64,000 nucleotides of DNA, taken from assembly GCA_965204535.1 (NCBI GenBank), contig CBDBEV010000001.1:2816001-2880000 (forward strand), read 5' to 3'. This document shows positions 1 through 10,281 of the stretch, one piece after another. The notes under the pieces were generated by a model that worked only from the letters and a program-made list of their open reading frames with translations, was not told where the DNA came from and ran no database searches. The position numbers and the translations under genes were made by a program. Origin of the DNA: a bacterium. Its GTDB lineage: Bacteria; UBA8248. The first letter of the stretch is position 1; each line of letters opens with the position of its first letter.

Positions 1-4
1 CCCC

Positions 5-727
5 ATGCGCGTCCTAGTGGCGTACGACAAGAACCCCGGGTGCGGCCTCAAGGTGTTCTGCGAGGTCGTCTGCCGCGACCCGTTTTTTCTCATCGGGCGC
101 GAGCCGAACGCAGGGTTCCGGATGAGCGACCTGGTGGGTCCCAGAATCGCCACGGTGAGCGAGGTGCCTACCCCCTGGATGTGTCTCCAGCACGACCTGC
201 GCCTGGCGGGGCTGGAGCCGCAAGGCCTGAACAGGGTCTCCGACCGGACGATGGGCGAGAACGCAGACGCCCTCCGGGCGGGTGATGTGGACGTCATCCA
301 GGTGTTTCAGCCCTTTGCGGAGGAGTTGATCCGGGAAGGCGCGGGCCACCTCTGGTATCAGGCGGCGGATCGTGGGCTTACGACCTATACGGCGTTCTAC
401 GCGCCCGGAAGTTTCTTGAGAGAAAATCCCGAGTCCGCCCTCGGCATGACGCGTGCCACGGCGCGGGCCGAGCGCTGGCTCGCGGAGAACGACGCCGAGG
501 TGGTCGCCCGCCTCGTGAAGCCCTGGTTCGAGGAGATGGACTTCGAGCTTCTGACTCAGGCCATCGCGCGCTACAAGAGTATCGGCCTCTGGAACCGGAA
601 TCCCCACCTCGCGCAAGCGAGCTTCGAGTGGCTGCGGGCCGCGTGCCTGAGCGGCGGGCTGATCACCACGGGCGTCTCCTACGAGCAGGCGGTGGACATG
701 AGTTTCGTGGAACAAGCGATGGGGTAG
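5..727 (+). CDS. ABC transporter substrate-binding protein, NMT1/THI5/SsuA-like (probably 5'-truncated by window edge)
   Basis: Periplasmic-binding-protein motifs (RDPFFLIGR, GDVDVIQVFQPF, YTAFYA..FLRENPE); no signal peptide visible, so likely partial. Confidence 0.75.
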   Translation: MRVLVAYDKNPGCGLKVFCEVVCRDPFFLIGREPNAGFRMSDLVGPRIATVSEVPTPWMCLQHDLRLAGLEPQGLNRVSDRTMGENADALRAGDVDVIQVFQPFAEELIREGAGHLWYQAADRGLTTYTAFYAPGSFLRENPESALGMTRATARAERWLAENDAEVVARLVKPWFEEMDFELLTQAIARYKSIGLWNRNPHLAQASFEWLRAACLSGGLITTGVSYEQAVDMSFVEQAMG

Positions 728-752
728 GAATCGTCCGTTGCGCTTCGGTTCT

Positions 753-780
753 GTAGGGACAGGTCGCGACCTGTCCCTAC
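753..780. repeat. GTAG-family REP-like perfect palindrome
   Basis: GTAGGGACAGGTCGCGACCTGTCCCTAC; near-identical copies at 9827-9854 and 15362-15389, variants at about 6051 and 23517-23563. Confidence 0.85.
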
Positions 781-885
781 CTCCTGACGGATTCCCTTCC
801 CAAACCAACCGACCTTCTTTGCGCTCCCCCGAAACTCTCTGGCATGATGGCGAATACTCTACCCTCCTAAACAAGGAGCCCCCCC

Positions 886-2652
886 ATGGCGTTTCGCCAC
901 ACCACGCCCGAAGGACGCGAATACATCTCCCACAGGCCGCAGGTTTCCGCGCGCGAGGCGATGGTCGCCTCCGGCCATCACTACGCGAGCCAGGCGGGCC
1001 TGAGGATCCTGGAGAAGGGAGGCAACGCGATAGACGCCGGCGTCGCCGCCGGTATCTGCCTGAGCGTCCTTCACTCCGACATGGTGTCGTTCCTGGGCGT
1101 CGCGCCCACGATGATCTACCTGGCGAAAGAGCGTCGCGTCCTCACGATCAGCGGTCTGGGGCGCTGGCCCAAGGCGGCCTCTATCGAGTGGTTTGAGAAA
1201 AACTGCAACGGCGAGATTCCCGCAGGCGTCCGGCGCGCCGTCACGCCCGCGGCGATAGACGCCTGGCTCACGGCGCTTGCTCGCTACGGCACGATGACCT
1301 TCGCCGAGGTGGCCGGGGACGCCGTCTCCCTGGCCGAAGATGGCTTTCCCATGCACCATTTCATGTACGACCACATCAAGGGGGCGGAAGCGGACTACTA
1401 CCGCTGGGAATCGACGCGGCCCGTCTATTTCCCCGGCGGCGAACTCATCCCCGTGGGCGGGCGGGTGCGGATTCCCGATCTGGCCGAGACGATGCGGCGC
1501 ATGGTGCGCGCGGAGCAAAGAGCGGGCGGCGGTCGCGCCGGGGGCGTGCGCGCGGCGCGCGATGAGGTCTACACCGGCGAGACGGCCCGGCTGATGATCG
1601 ACTTCATTCAGCGAGAGGGCGGGCTGATGACCCTGAACGATCTGGCCGATTTCCATGTGCTCGAAGAAGAACCGGTCGCGACGGAATACCTGGGGCACGA
1701 GGTCTACGCCTGCGGCCCCTGGTGCCAGGGGCCGACGTTGCTGGAGGCGATGAACATTCTCGCCAATTTTGACCTCTTGGCTCTCGGCCACAATTCCGCA
1801 GGCTACCTCCATGCCCTCATGAGTGCGCTCAACCTCGCCTTCGCGGACAGGGAAGCCTTCATCGGGGATCCCGAGTTCGTGGATGTGCCCATAGACGGGC
1901 TTCTCTCCAAAGAATACGCCGCGAAGCAGGCGGAACGCGTCGATATGGACAGCGCTTTCGCCGACATGCCCGAACCCGGAGACCCCTGGGCGCATCAGGG
2001 GGGCGCTCATCCGTGGCGCTATGACGGCGCGCACAGGGTTCCGCAAGCTTCAGGGGCCGAGTACCAGCACGACACCTCCTACTGCACGGCGGTCGATTCG
2101 GAGGGAAACGCCTTTTCCTGCACGCCTTCCGACCCAGCGAACTCAATGCCCTTCGTCCCCGGCGTCGGCGCGACCGTCTCGGGGCGCGGCTCCCAAAGCT
2201 GGCTCGACCCGGCGCACCCGAGCTCTCTCGCGCCCTGGAAGCGGCCGAGGCTCACGCCGAACCCCGCCCTCACGCTAAAAGACGGCGCGTTCTACATGAC
2301 GCTGGGCACCCCGGGCGGCGACGTCCAGCCCCAGGCCATGCTGCAGGTGTTCCTGAACCACGTCCTGTTCAATATGCTGCCGCAAATGGCGATCGAAGCG
2401 CCGAGGGTCGCCACCGCCAATTTCCCCAATTCCTTCTGGCCGCACGCCTACGAGCCCGCGAGCGCGCGGGCGGAGGCGCGGCTTTTGAGCGACGCCGGCC
2501 CCGCGCTCAACGGGATGGGCTACAAGATGGGTTCGTGGCCCGATTTCAGCTGGCCGCCCGGCAGCGTCTGCGCGATCGTGAAAGACCCCGAGACGGGTTT
2601 CCTGCTCGCAGGAGCCGACCCGAGGCGCGAATCCTACGCGGCGGGGTGGTAG
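886..2652 (+). CDS. ggt: Gamma-glutamyltransferase family protein
   Basis: GGNAIDAGVAA, autoproteolytic HDTSY threonine, KRPRLTPNP, GTPGGDVQPQ, C-terminal GADPRR. Confidence 0.93.
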   Translation: MAFRHTTPEGREYISHRPQVSAREAMVASGHHYASQAGLRILEKGGNAIDAGVAAGICLSVLHSDMVSFLGVAPTMIYLAKERRVLTISGLGRWPKAASIEWFEKNCNGEIPAGVRRAVTPAAIDAWLTALARYGTMTFAEVAGDAVSLAEDGFPMHHFMYDHIKGAEADYYRWESTRPVYFPGGELIPVGGRVRIPDLAETMRRMVRAEQRAGGGRAGGVRAARDEVYTGETARLMIDFIQREGGLMTLNDLADFHVLEEEPVATEYLGHEVYACGPWCQGPTLLEAMNILANFDLLALGHNSAGYLHALMSALNLAFADREAFIGDPEFVDVPIDGLLSKEYAAKQAERVDMDSAFADMPEPGDPWAHQGGAHPWRYDGAHRVPQASGAEYQHDTSYCTAVDSEGNAFSCTPSDPANSMPFVPGVGATVSGRGSQSWLDPAHPSSLAPWKRPRLTPNPALTLKDGAFYMTLGTPGGDVQPQAMLQVFLNHVLFNMLPQMAIEAPRVATANFPNSFWPHAYEPASARAEARLLSDAGPALNGMGYKMGSWPDFSWPPGSVCAIVKDPETGFLLAGADPRRESYAAGW

Positions 2653-2753
2653 GGAGGGGCGACCCATGAGGAAAAAGGCGGTTTCCTTGTTCCCCGCCTT
2701 CAAGCCGTGTTATGTAACACACTTGTAGGGCCCGAAACGGGAGGGATACTCCA

Positions 2754-3038
2754 ATGGAAGTGAAGGAAGCCGTGCAAACGGCGAAAGAATACATTGTCGA
2801 TCTCTTCGGTGATGAGGCTATCACGGGTATCGGCCTGGAAGAGGTTGATCTCGACATGGGGTCAAGTGATTGGAAGATAACCATCGGTTTTTACCGCCCG
2901 CTGTCTCAGCGGGCCGCCATGACCACCGTGTTCGGTAAACAGCACGAAGCCCGCTCCTATAAAGTTGTAAGTATCAACAAGCAAAGCGGTCGAGTGTCGT
3001 CAGTCACAGACCGCGTTCTGCCTGCCGTTTCTGAATAA
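2754..3038 (+). CDS. Small hypothetical protein upstream of PIN-domain gene (putative partner/antitoxin)
   Basis: 94 aa ORF with GGAG RBS, lower GC than flanks, ends 4 bp before PIN gene. Confidence 0.65.
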   Translation: MEVKEAVQTAKEYIVDLFGDEAITGIGLEEVDLDMGSSDWKITIGFYRPLSQRAAMTTVFGKQHEARSYKVVSINKQSGRVSSVTDRVLPAVSE

Positions 3039-3042
3039 TTCG

Positions 3043-3504
3043 ATGCGCCCAGCTGGGTACTTCATCGATGCGAATCTTCTTGTCTTGCTTATCGTGGGCC
3101 GAGTGGGAGAGGAGTTCATCTCCAAACATAGTCGACTACAACAATTCGTAGTCGAAGATTACCGAATTTTGCGTAACCTGCTCGACCTTGTTGAGCAAGT
3201 GTTCGTTACCCCGAACACGCTTACCGAGACGTCCAACCTGCTTGCTCAGCACGGAGAACCCGAGCGTTCCCGCTTTTTCAATCAGCTTCAGGCTACCATT
3301 CAGGATAGCAAGGAAATACAAGTCGTCAGCAAGGTGGCTTCGCAAAACAGGGAGTTCAGGCGCCTCGGTCTGACAGATGCCGTGCTCCTGGAAGTCGCCA
3401 CTGTTGAGACGCCTTTGCTTACCGTGGACCTCGACCTTTACCTTGCGGCATTAACGAAAGACCTGGATACGGCTGTGAACTTCAGGCATATCCAAAACAT
3501 GTGA
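3043..3504 (+). CDS. PIN-domain protein (VapC-like fold)
   Basis: FIDANLL, TPNTLTE, LGLTDA, LLTVDLDL acidic PIN motifs. Confidence 0.8.
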   Translation: MRPAGYFIDANLLVLLIVGRVGEEFISKHSRLQQFVVEDYRILRNLLDLVEQVFVTPNTLTETSNLLAQHGEPERSRFFNQLQATIQDSKEIQVVSKVASQNREFRRLGLTDAVLLEVATVETPLLTVDLDLYLAALTKDLDTAVNFRHIQNM

Positions 3505-3558
3505 TTGGGCGTCCATCCTGTTTTTGCGGAGAATGCGGGCGTGGAGACGGAGGAGGCG

Positions 3559-3990
3559 ATGATGACTTCACCCGAAGCCGGGCGCACCGAATCCCCCGCC
3601 GCATCCGGGCAGGACGACTTTCTGCTCTATGACGGCGAGTGCCCGTTCTGCCGCTTCTACGCGCGGAAATCCGGTTTCAAGACGCCGGACGGTCGGCCCT
3701 TGAAGCTCATCGACGCGAACCGCGCGCCCGAACTCCTCGCCGCGTTGCGCGCGCAGGGCTGCGAGGCAGATGAGGGGATGGTGCTCGTCACAGGAGGCCG
3801 GCGCTATCAGGGGGCCGAGGCGATGACGGCGCTCGAGGCGATGACGAGCGGCGCCGGCTGGTGGGGCAGGCTCTCCAAATGGTTCGCCTCGGATCCCGCG
3901 CGCGCCCGCGCGTTCTATCCCTGGTTCCGAAGATTGCGCCGCGCGGCGCTGTGGGCGAGGGGGCGGCCCTCCCTCCCTGGACGAGACTGA
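3559..3990 (+). CDS. DCC family thiol-disulfide oxidoreductase (DUF393)
   Basis: LLYDGECPFC motif; GGAGG RBS before ATG 3559. Confidence 0.85.
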   Translation: MMTSPEAGRTESPAASGQDDFLLYDGECPFCRFYARKSGFKTPDGRPLKLIDANRAPELLAALRAQGCEADEGMVLVTGGRRYQGAEAMTALEAMTSGAGWWGRLSKWFASDPARARAFYPWFRRLRRAALWARGRPSLPGRD

Positions 3991-4072
3991 TCCCCCAATC
4001 GTTCGCAGTCCCCCGCTCGAAACCTATCCCTCATCACCCGGCTTTACGACGCATTCGCCCGCAGACAGGGAA

Positions 4073-5200
4073 TCAGGGAGCGCTGCCGAGACAGGGAGAA
4101 ACCTCGCGGATGAAGCGCTCGGCCACGGCGCGCCAACTGTAAGCGGCTGCGCGCTCGATTCCGCGCCGGCCGAGTCGTTCGCGGGTATCCCGGTTTTTCA
4201 GGAGATGGATGAGCGCATCGGCCAGGGCGGCCTCATCCACCGGCGGCGGGAGCAGGACGCCCGCGTCACCCACGATCTCGGGCGCCGCCGCCACGTCGAG
4301 CGCCACCACGGGCAGGCCCGCCGCCATGGCTTCGAGATATGCGATGCCGAAACCCTCCTGGAGCGAGGGCAGGCAGAAAACGTCCGCCGCCGCGTATTCA
4401 CGGCGCACGGCCTCATCGCCGGGCACCTCGCCCAGGAGCGTCACGGCGTTCTCGATGCCCAGTCTGCCCACCTGTTTTTCAAGGCGCTTCAAAGACGGCC
4501 CGCCGCCCACGACGCGCAACTTCGCATCGGGCACGGCGGCGAGCACCCCCGGCATGGCCCCGATGAGGCTCCCCGTGTTCTTCCTGGGGTATTGCCGCGC
4601 CACGGAGAGGATCGTGCGGCCCGCGGGGCGCCTCGTCTCGCGCACGCGCTCCCAATGGGCCGGATGAACGCCGTTGCCCACGACGCCGACTTTCTCCGGC
4701 GGCAGCCCATACGCCTCGCAGGCCACGCCCCGGCTGTATTCGCTGGTGACGATGACCCTGTCGGCGCGATGCGCGTTGGCGCGTTCGAGATGGGAGAGGG
4801 CGCGCAGGTACTGGCGCGGCGCGCCGCGTTCGAACCGCATCTCGTCAGCCGAGATGCCGTGCAGATAGACGATGAAGGGGATTTCCATGTTCAGATCGAA
4901 GCCGTCGATGTCGAAGCCCACGATGAGGTCGAAGCCATCGGGCGATATCCGGTCCCCGAGCTCCAGGTTATACAGCAGTCTCTGGAGCAGGAGGCTCGAT
5001 GCGCGCTCGTTCGGGCCGATGATCTCCACCGCATGCCCGTTTGCTTCCAGCCCGCCCGCCAGGCCCGTGATGGCCGCCGCCGTGCCCGAGCCCTTCGCGA
5101 CCTCGAGGGTCCAGGAGTTCAAAAAGGCGATCCGCAAACCGTTCCTCTCCCGACAGACAAAAGAGGGCGCAATCCCGCGCCCTCTTCCATACGGCTTCAT
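4073..5200 (-). CDS. Glycosyltransferase family 4
   Basis: DVFCLPSLQEGFGIAYLEAMAAGLPVV GT-B signature. Confidence 0.9.
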   Translation of the reverse strand: MKPYGRGRGIAPSFVCRERNGLRIAFLNSWTLEVAKGSGTAAAITGLAGGLEANGHAVEIIGPNERASSLLLQRLLYNLELGDRISPDGFDLIVGFDIDGFDLNMEIPFIVYLHGISADEMRFERGAPRQYLRALSHLERANAHRADRVIVTSEYSRGVACEAYGLPPEKVGVVGNGVHPAHWERVRETRRPAGRTILSVARQYPRKNTGSLIGAMPGVLAAVPDAKLRVVGGGPSLKRLEKQVGRLGIENAVTLLGEVPGDEAVRREYAAADVFCLPSLQEGFGIAYLEAMAAGLPVVALDVAAAPEIVGDAGVLLPPPVDEAALADALIHLLKNRDTRERLGRRGIERAAAYSWRAVAERFIREVSPCLGSAP

Positions 5201-5216
5201 GAGGGGGATGCGCCCC

Positions 5217-5549
5217 TTACAGCGCCTGGTCCGACTTGGCCGCGAAGACGAAATCGCTCTCCGTCAAGCCGTCTATCTTGTGCGTCCACACGGTGACCTT
5301 CACCTTCCCCCACGCCAGGTAGATGTCGGGGTGATGCCCCTGCTCCTCGGCCATCTCGCCCACCCGGTTCGTGAAGTCGAGCGCCGCCCGGAAATCGGAA
5401 AAGCCGTATTCCTTCTCCAGATGGTGCCCGTCCACCACGCGCCAATCGCCGCCCAGCTGCTCCTGTAAGGCGGAGAGGGCCTCTCCCTCAAGCGGGGGCA
5501 CGCCGCCTTTGCAAGGCACGCATTCCTTGGCCGCAAGCTCGCTGCTCAT
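5217..5549 (-). CDS. phhB: Pterin-4-alpha-carbinolamine dehydratase
   Basis: CVPC N-terminus, AEEQGHHPDI, WTHKIDGLTESDF. Confidence 0.93.
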   Translation of the reverse strand: MSSELAAKECVPCKGGVPPLEGEALSALQEQLGGDWRVVDGHHLEKEYGFSDFRAALDFTNRVGEMAEEQGHHPDIYLAWGKVKVTVWTHKIDGLTESDFVFAAKSDQAL

Positions 5550-6477
5550 GGGTTTCCTGCTCCTCTATAGGGATGAAGATACAACCTGTCGATACGCCTC
5601 GAAAGGACGGCTCATCATCGCGTTTTTCGCGGGAAGCCGCAAGGCCGCGTCACCCGCTCTTGAGGGCGGGCCGCGCCCCGCAGGGGTCAAAGCCGATTGA
5701 TGAATGAGGCTTTGCCGACCGGGGATGCGAGAGCGCCGGGAACGAAGCCGGGCCTCCCGTCAATCCCTTGCGCAAATGCGGGCTGTTGCGGGCAAATGCG
5801 CGGGTTCCCAAAACTTTTTTTTTGCCGCCGTATCTGAGTGCGCGGCGCTAAGATTTGTGTGATAACCCTTTTGATTACAATCATTTATCTGGACGTTATT
5901 TTTCAGCAATTTATCGAAAAACCCCGTGAATTTATCGAATTTTACGGGAAATATCATTATTTTCATTTCCATGTCGTTCCCGTATCCATTCTCGTGACCC
6001 CTCCCCCCGCGATAATCGAACCGGAGTGGGGGGAGCAGGTTTACGCCTTCGTAGGGACAGCTCGCGAGCTGCCCGCGTTCTTCCGAAGACGGGAGGGCCG
6101 TTCCGGCGAAGTATGGGTTATCGCGCGCGATCGAAGACTTTTCGGAAGGGTTCGCCGTCTCCACCCTCGCCCCGGCGCCTGATTCCATGAGAACGCCTCC
6201 CTCTCCGTGCGGTGATCAATCCCGATTGGTGAATCAGGGATTGCTGTTTCTCCGCTTCGCGCGCACGATACCGCAGTCCGTGGTTTCAGGAATTACGGCA
6301 AATGCGGGGAAATGCGGGGCGGAGCCGGCCCCGCGCCGCGCCTCTCGCCCTGAAAGGACAGCCCCTCCTCGGGGCTGTCCAACCCCCCCTACCCCCCCTT
6401 GACGGGGCTGTTGAAAAACCCCTGGTTTTGTGATCGTATGGATGTATTCCCCCTCGCCCGAGATGGGAGTTCCGGAG

Positions 6478-7248
6478 ATGTTGGACCGCAAGAGGCGCGA
6501 GCAGATGGACTTGTTCGTGGCCGGCCCGCTGGAGAAGTTGATTCCCGAAGATCACATATTGCGCCAGGTGGACCGCGTACTGGATTTGAGTTGGCTTCGC
6601 GAGGAAGTGGCGGCGTGCTATTGCGCGGACAACGGTCGACCGGGGATCGACCCGGAAGTGGTGATCCGGTTGATGCTGGCGGGCCTGCTGCTGGGCTACG
6701 CGGAGGACCGCCGCCTGCTGCGCGAGGCGCAGGCGCATCTGGCGGTCCGGTGGTTCATCGGGTACAGGCTGGACGAGGATTTGCCGGATCATTCGAGCCT
6801 GACGCGTATCCGCCAGCGGTGGGGGGAGGCGCGGTTCAAGGAGATATTGCGCCGCACGGTTCAGGCGTGCCTGGACGCGAAGGTGGCGAAGGGAGAAGTG
6901 GTTCACATGGACGCGTCTTTGATACGTGCGGACGTGAGCTGGGAGAGTCTGGCGGAGCGCCACGCGGAGAAGGTGGTGCGGGAGAACGACTCGGCGGATG
7001 AGACGGGGAAGAAGGGCGGTGGCGGGGGTTCGGGTCCGGTGAGCCGAACGGACCCGGACGCTCGCCTGGCGCGCAAGAGCGCTCGGGCGGGGTTCGAGCC
7101 GAGCTACAAGCACCACGCGGTGGTGGACGACGAGCGTGGGGTGGTTCTCGACGTAGAGGTGACGGAGGGGACGTTGAACGAGCGGGAGATGATGGAGCCG
7201 CAGTTGGATGCGGTTTGCGAGCTCACGGGTCGCGCGCCCGCGGTGGTG
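6478..7248 (+). pseudogene. IS1182 transposase N-terminal part (split)
   Basis: GRPGIDPE, LPDHSSLTRIR and HMDAS motifs; matches 42071 transposase up to ...GRAPAVV, then breaks at the inner IS. Confidence 0.88.
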
Positions 7249-9030
7249 GAGACTGTGAAAGTATTCCCACGATTCTGGTGGGTGACGCTGGCGAGCGATG
7301 CCCGGGTTGTCTGTACATGCTATCTTTACCGGTGAGTGAGATAACCACATAAAGGGTCACCACCATGTCCGAGAGACGTTATCAGGAGGTGCAGTCCCGA
7401 AGCCAGATGATGCTGCTTCCGCCGTGTCTGGACGACTACGTGTCCGAGCACAATGCGGTGCGCGCGATCGATGCGTTCGTCGGCACGCTGGACCTGGAGG
7501 CGCTGGGGTTCGCGCATGCCGAAGCGAACTGCGGCGCCGGTCAGCCGGCTTTCGACCCGGCGCTGCTGCTGAAGCTGTATCTGTACGGCTACCAGCACCG
7601 GGTACGGAGTTCGCGCCGTCTCGAAGCGGAGACGCGGCGCAATCTGGAAGTGATCTGGCTGTGCCAGGGTGCGACGCCGAGCTACAAGACGATTGCGGAT
7701 TTTCGCAAGAACAATGTGGCTGCGCTGCAGGAGGCCAACCGGGAGTTCGTGCTGCTGTGCCGCGAACTCTCGCTGCTGGGCGGCAGCCGGGTGGCGGTCG
7801 ACGGGACTTTTTTGAAGGCCGATGCGAACCTGGACAGCTTCCAAACCAAGCGGTCCCTGGCAAGGGACCTGAGGCGTTTGGAGAAGAGGATTGCGGCGTA
7901 TCACCGGCAGTTGGACGAGGCGGATGCGCGCGGGGAGGAGTGTGGGGACGGTTCGGAGGATCCGGACCTGCCGGTGAAGCTCAAGGCCTTGATCGAGAGG
8001 CAACAAAAGAAGAAGGCACTGCAAGAGCATTTGCAGGAAAGCGGAGAGCGTCAGGTATCGGGGGTCGATGCAGATGCTCGACTTCTGAGGAACGGCGATA
8101 TAATGGTGGGCGGATACAACTGCCAGATCGCGGTGGACGACAAGCACAAGCTGATTGTCGCGGAGGATGTGGTGCAGGACGGCAATGACTCCGCTCAGTT
8201 GGAGCCGATGATGACGAAAGCCGGCGAAGCCATGGGCAGCGAACGCCTGGTCGGCCTGGCGGATTCGGGCTACTTCAACGGCGCACAGTTGAAGAGTTGC
8301 GAAGACAAGGGAATGGAGGTGTATGTTCCGATACCGAACCAGACGGCCCGCAAGGGCAAGGACGGACGATTCGGCAGCGATGAATTCCGTTACGATGCGC
8401 AGGATGACACGTATGTCTGTCCGGCCGGAGAGCGTCTGGTTCGAGGCGGCACGACCACCGTCAGGGGCAGGCTGTATTACTTTTATCGCGGGACGGCGGC
8501 GGTTTGCCGGGACTGTTCGTTGTCGGGCCGATGCCTGACAAAGTCGAGATCGACGCGCAGGATACAACGCTGGGAGCATGAGGACGTGGTGGACCGGCAT
8601 CGCAAGAAGATGAACGCCCGTGTGCCATTGATGCGCGGGCGAAGCACACTCGTCGAACATCCATTCGGTACGATCAAGCGCTGGGCGGGGATGGATCATT
8701 TTGTGATGCGCGGACTCGGCAAATGCCGCGGCGAATTCAGCCTGATGACGCTGGGTTACAACTTCAAGCGGGTCATGCGTGTGCTGGGCGGAGCTGCATT
8801 TGTGGAGCATTGTCTGCAAAAACAGCGGTTGGGGACGAATGGCGTGTGAACTTGAAGCCGATTCTTCGAGGACTTGACCGCGACCCCGAGCTGACCGGCC
8901 GCCGAGACGTTTCTCTCCCGGCTCTGCGGTGTTGTTGCTCCCGAAGTTGAAGACAGTGTCCGGCCATCGGGCTGCAAGCGTAAGCGAGCCCTGTTCCGGA
9001 GACTGTGAAATCCAATACTCTCACAGTCTC
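7249..9030 (+). mobile_element. Second IS1182-family element nested in copy A
   Basis: 17-bp TIRs GAGACTGTGAAAGTATT / AATACTCTCACAGTCTC (1 mismatch); 10-bp TSD CGCGGTGGTG at 7239-7248 and 9031-9040. Confidence 0.93.
7365..8849 (+). CDS. IS1182-family DDE transposase (intact)
   Basis: LLKLYLYGY..SSRRLE, AVDGT, LADSGY, CPAG/C..C..C zinc motif, VEHPFGTIK. Confidence 0.93.
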   Translation: MSERRYQEVQSRSQMMLLPPCLDDYVSEHNAVRAIDAFVGTLDLEALGFAHAEANCGAGQPAFDPALLLKLYLYGYQHRVRSSRRLEAETRRNLEVIWLCQGATPSYKTIADFRKNNVAALQEANREFVLLCRELSLLGGSRVAVDGTFLKADANLDSFQTKRSLARDLRRLEKRIAAYHRQLDEADARGEECGDGSEDPDLPVKLKALIERQQKKKALQEHLQESGERQVSGVDADARLLRNGDIMVGGYNCQIAVDDKHKLIVAEDVVQDGNDSAQLEPMMTKAGEAMGSERLVGLADSGYFNGAQLKSCEDKGMEVYVPIPNQTARKGKDGRFGSDEFRYDAQDDTYVCPAGERLVRGGTTTVRGRLYYFYRGTAAVCRDCSLSGRCLTKSRSTRRIQRWEHEDVVDRHRKKMNARVPLMRGRSTLVEHPFGTIKRWAGMDHFVMRGLGKCRGEFSLMTLGYNFKRVMRVLGGAAFVEHCLQKQRLGTNGV

Positions 9031-9040
9031 CGCGGTGGTG

Positions 9041-9667
9041 ACGGCGGATTCGGGCTATGCGTATTCGAAGGTGTATGCGGGATTGGAGCGGCGGGGGGTG
9101 GACGCGGTGATACCGGCGAAGAAGGAGCCTTCCCAGAGCCGTGTTCCGCTGCAGTTGTTCCGCTACGACGAGCGGCACAAGGTGGTGAAGTGTCCGGGGG
9201 GCCAGACGCTGCGCCCCCGGAAGGAGACGGAGCGGGGGCGCTACTATGGTTCGAGGACGCGCGATTGCGCGGGGTGCGCGCTGAGGTCGGATTGTCTGCC
9301 CAAGTCGCACACGAGCAGGACGGTTCTGATTCCGCATGAATATCCGGCGCTGTTGCGCGCGCGCCGCCGGCACGCGCGCCGGGGGGAGGAGGAGGGCCGG
9401 CTGTGGCGCCGCCACATGGGGCGCTCGGAGGGCTACCACGGCGAGGCGAAGAGTCGGCACGGACTGGGGCGGGCGGTACGCCGGGGTCTTGCGAACGTGA
9501 AGATCCAGGCCTACCTGACGGCGACTGCGGTGAACCTCAAGCGGCTCGCCGCCGCTGTTGCGGCGGGTTTATTCGCCCACTGGAGGGTCTGCGCCGCCCG
9601 GAAACGCCGAATGCGCGCATATCGCGGCCTCACGCGCCGATTGGGCTTCCTCTCCGCCGCCGCGTGA
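9041..9667 (+). pseudogene. IS1182 transposase C-terminal part (split)
   Basis: Resumes TADSGYAY...NLKRLAA exactly where the N-terminal part broke off. Confidence 0.88.
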
Positions 9668-9778
9668 GCCGCCATACCCCCTGCTTCAAAACAGGGTTTT
9701 TCAACAGCCCCTTGACAGGGGGGTATGAAAAGGCGGCGCCCGCCACCGAGATGAACACAAATTCACTCCCCCCTTGAG

Positions 9779-10032
9779 GGGGTTGTTGAAAAAGTCCGAG
9801 GAGTGAGTGTTCGACGTGAGGGGGGTGTAGGGATAGGTCGCGACCTGTCCCTACGGACGAATACGGCCGGGGAGGGTCTGGTCGTCCTTTCACCTCGATC
9901 CGCAATGTTCCCGTAGGGGCGGCCCCCTGTGGCCGCCCTGCCCCGTGGCTACGCTTCGCAGGGACAGGCACGGGGGCCTGTCCCTACAAACCCTTTACTT
10001 GCAGGGTGCTGTGCGGACTTTTTCAACAGCCT
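9779..10032. mobile_element. Non-autonomous IS1182-end MITE carrying GTAG REPs
   Basis: Ends GGGGTTGTTGAAAAAGTCC / GGACTTTTTCAACAGCC; contains GTAG palindromes at 9827-9854 and 9913-9987. Confidence 0.75.
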
Positions 10033-10281
10033 CCAAGGCGGGAGTGAATCCTTTTTTTGCGGGGGTTGCTTTTTTTACCCCCCTGTCAAGGGGGGTAGGG
10101 GGGGTTGGTTTTCAAACCGGCGGGCGGCCTCATTCGCCGTAGCGAAGCCTCGCCATCGCGCCTGCGCTGCGTGAACCTCCATGCCGCCGATCCCGAAACG
10201 GGGTTTTTCAACAACCTCGTCAAGGGGGTTAGGGGGTTGAACCCGACCGGGGAGGGAGGGTTCGCGGCAAGCGCAGTTCGA

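Larger units (their letters stand above)
6404..9711 (+). mobile_element. IS1182-family element copy A, interrupted by a second IS
   Basis: TIRs GGGGCTGTTGAAAAA (6404) / TTTTTCAACAGCCCC (ends 9711); TSD TTGAC 6399-6403 and 9712-9716; closely similar to intact copy at 41997-43508. Confidence 0.92.

Noticed and set aside
7249-7335. C-terminal tail of ORF 6430..7335 (ETVKVFPRFWW...)
   Set aside because: Read-through into the inserted IS end, not part of the transposase
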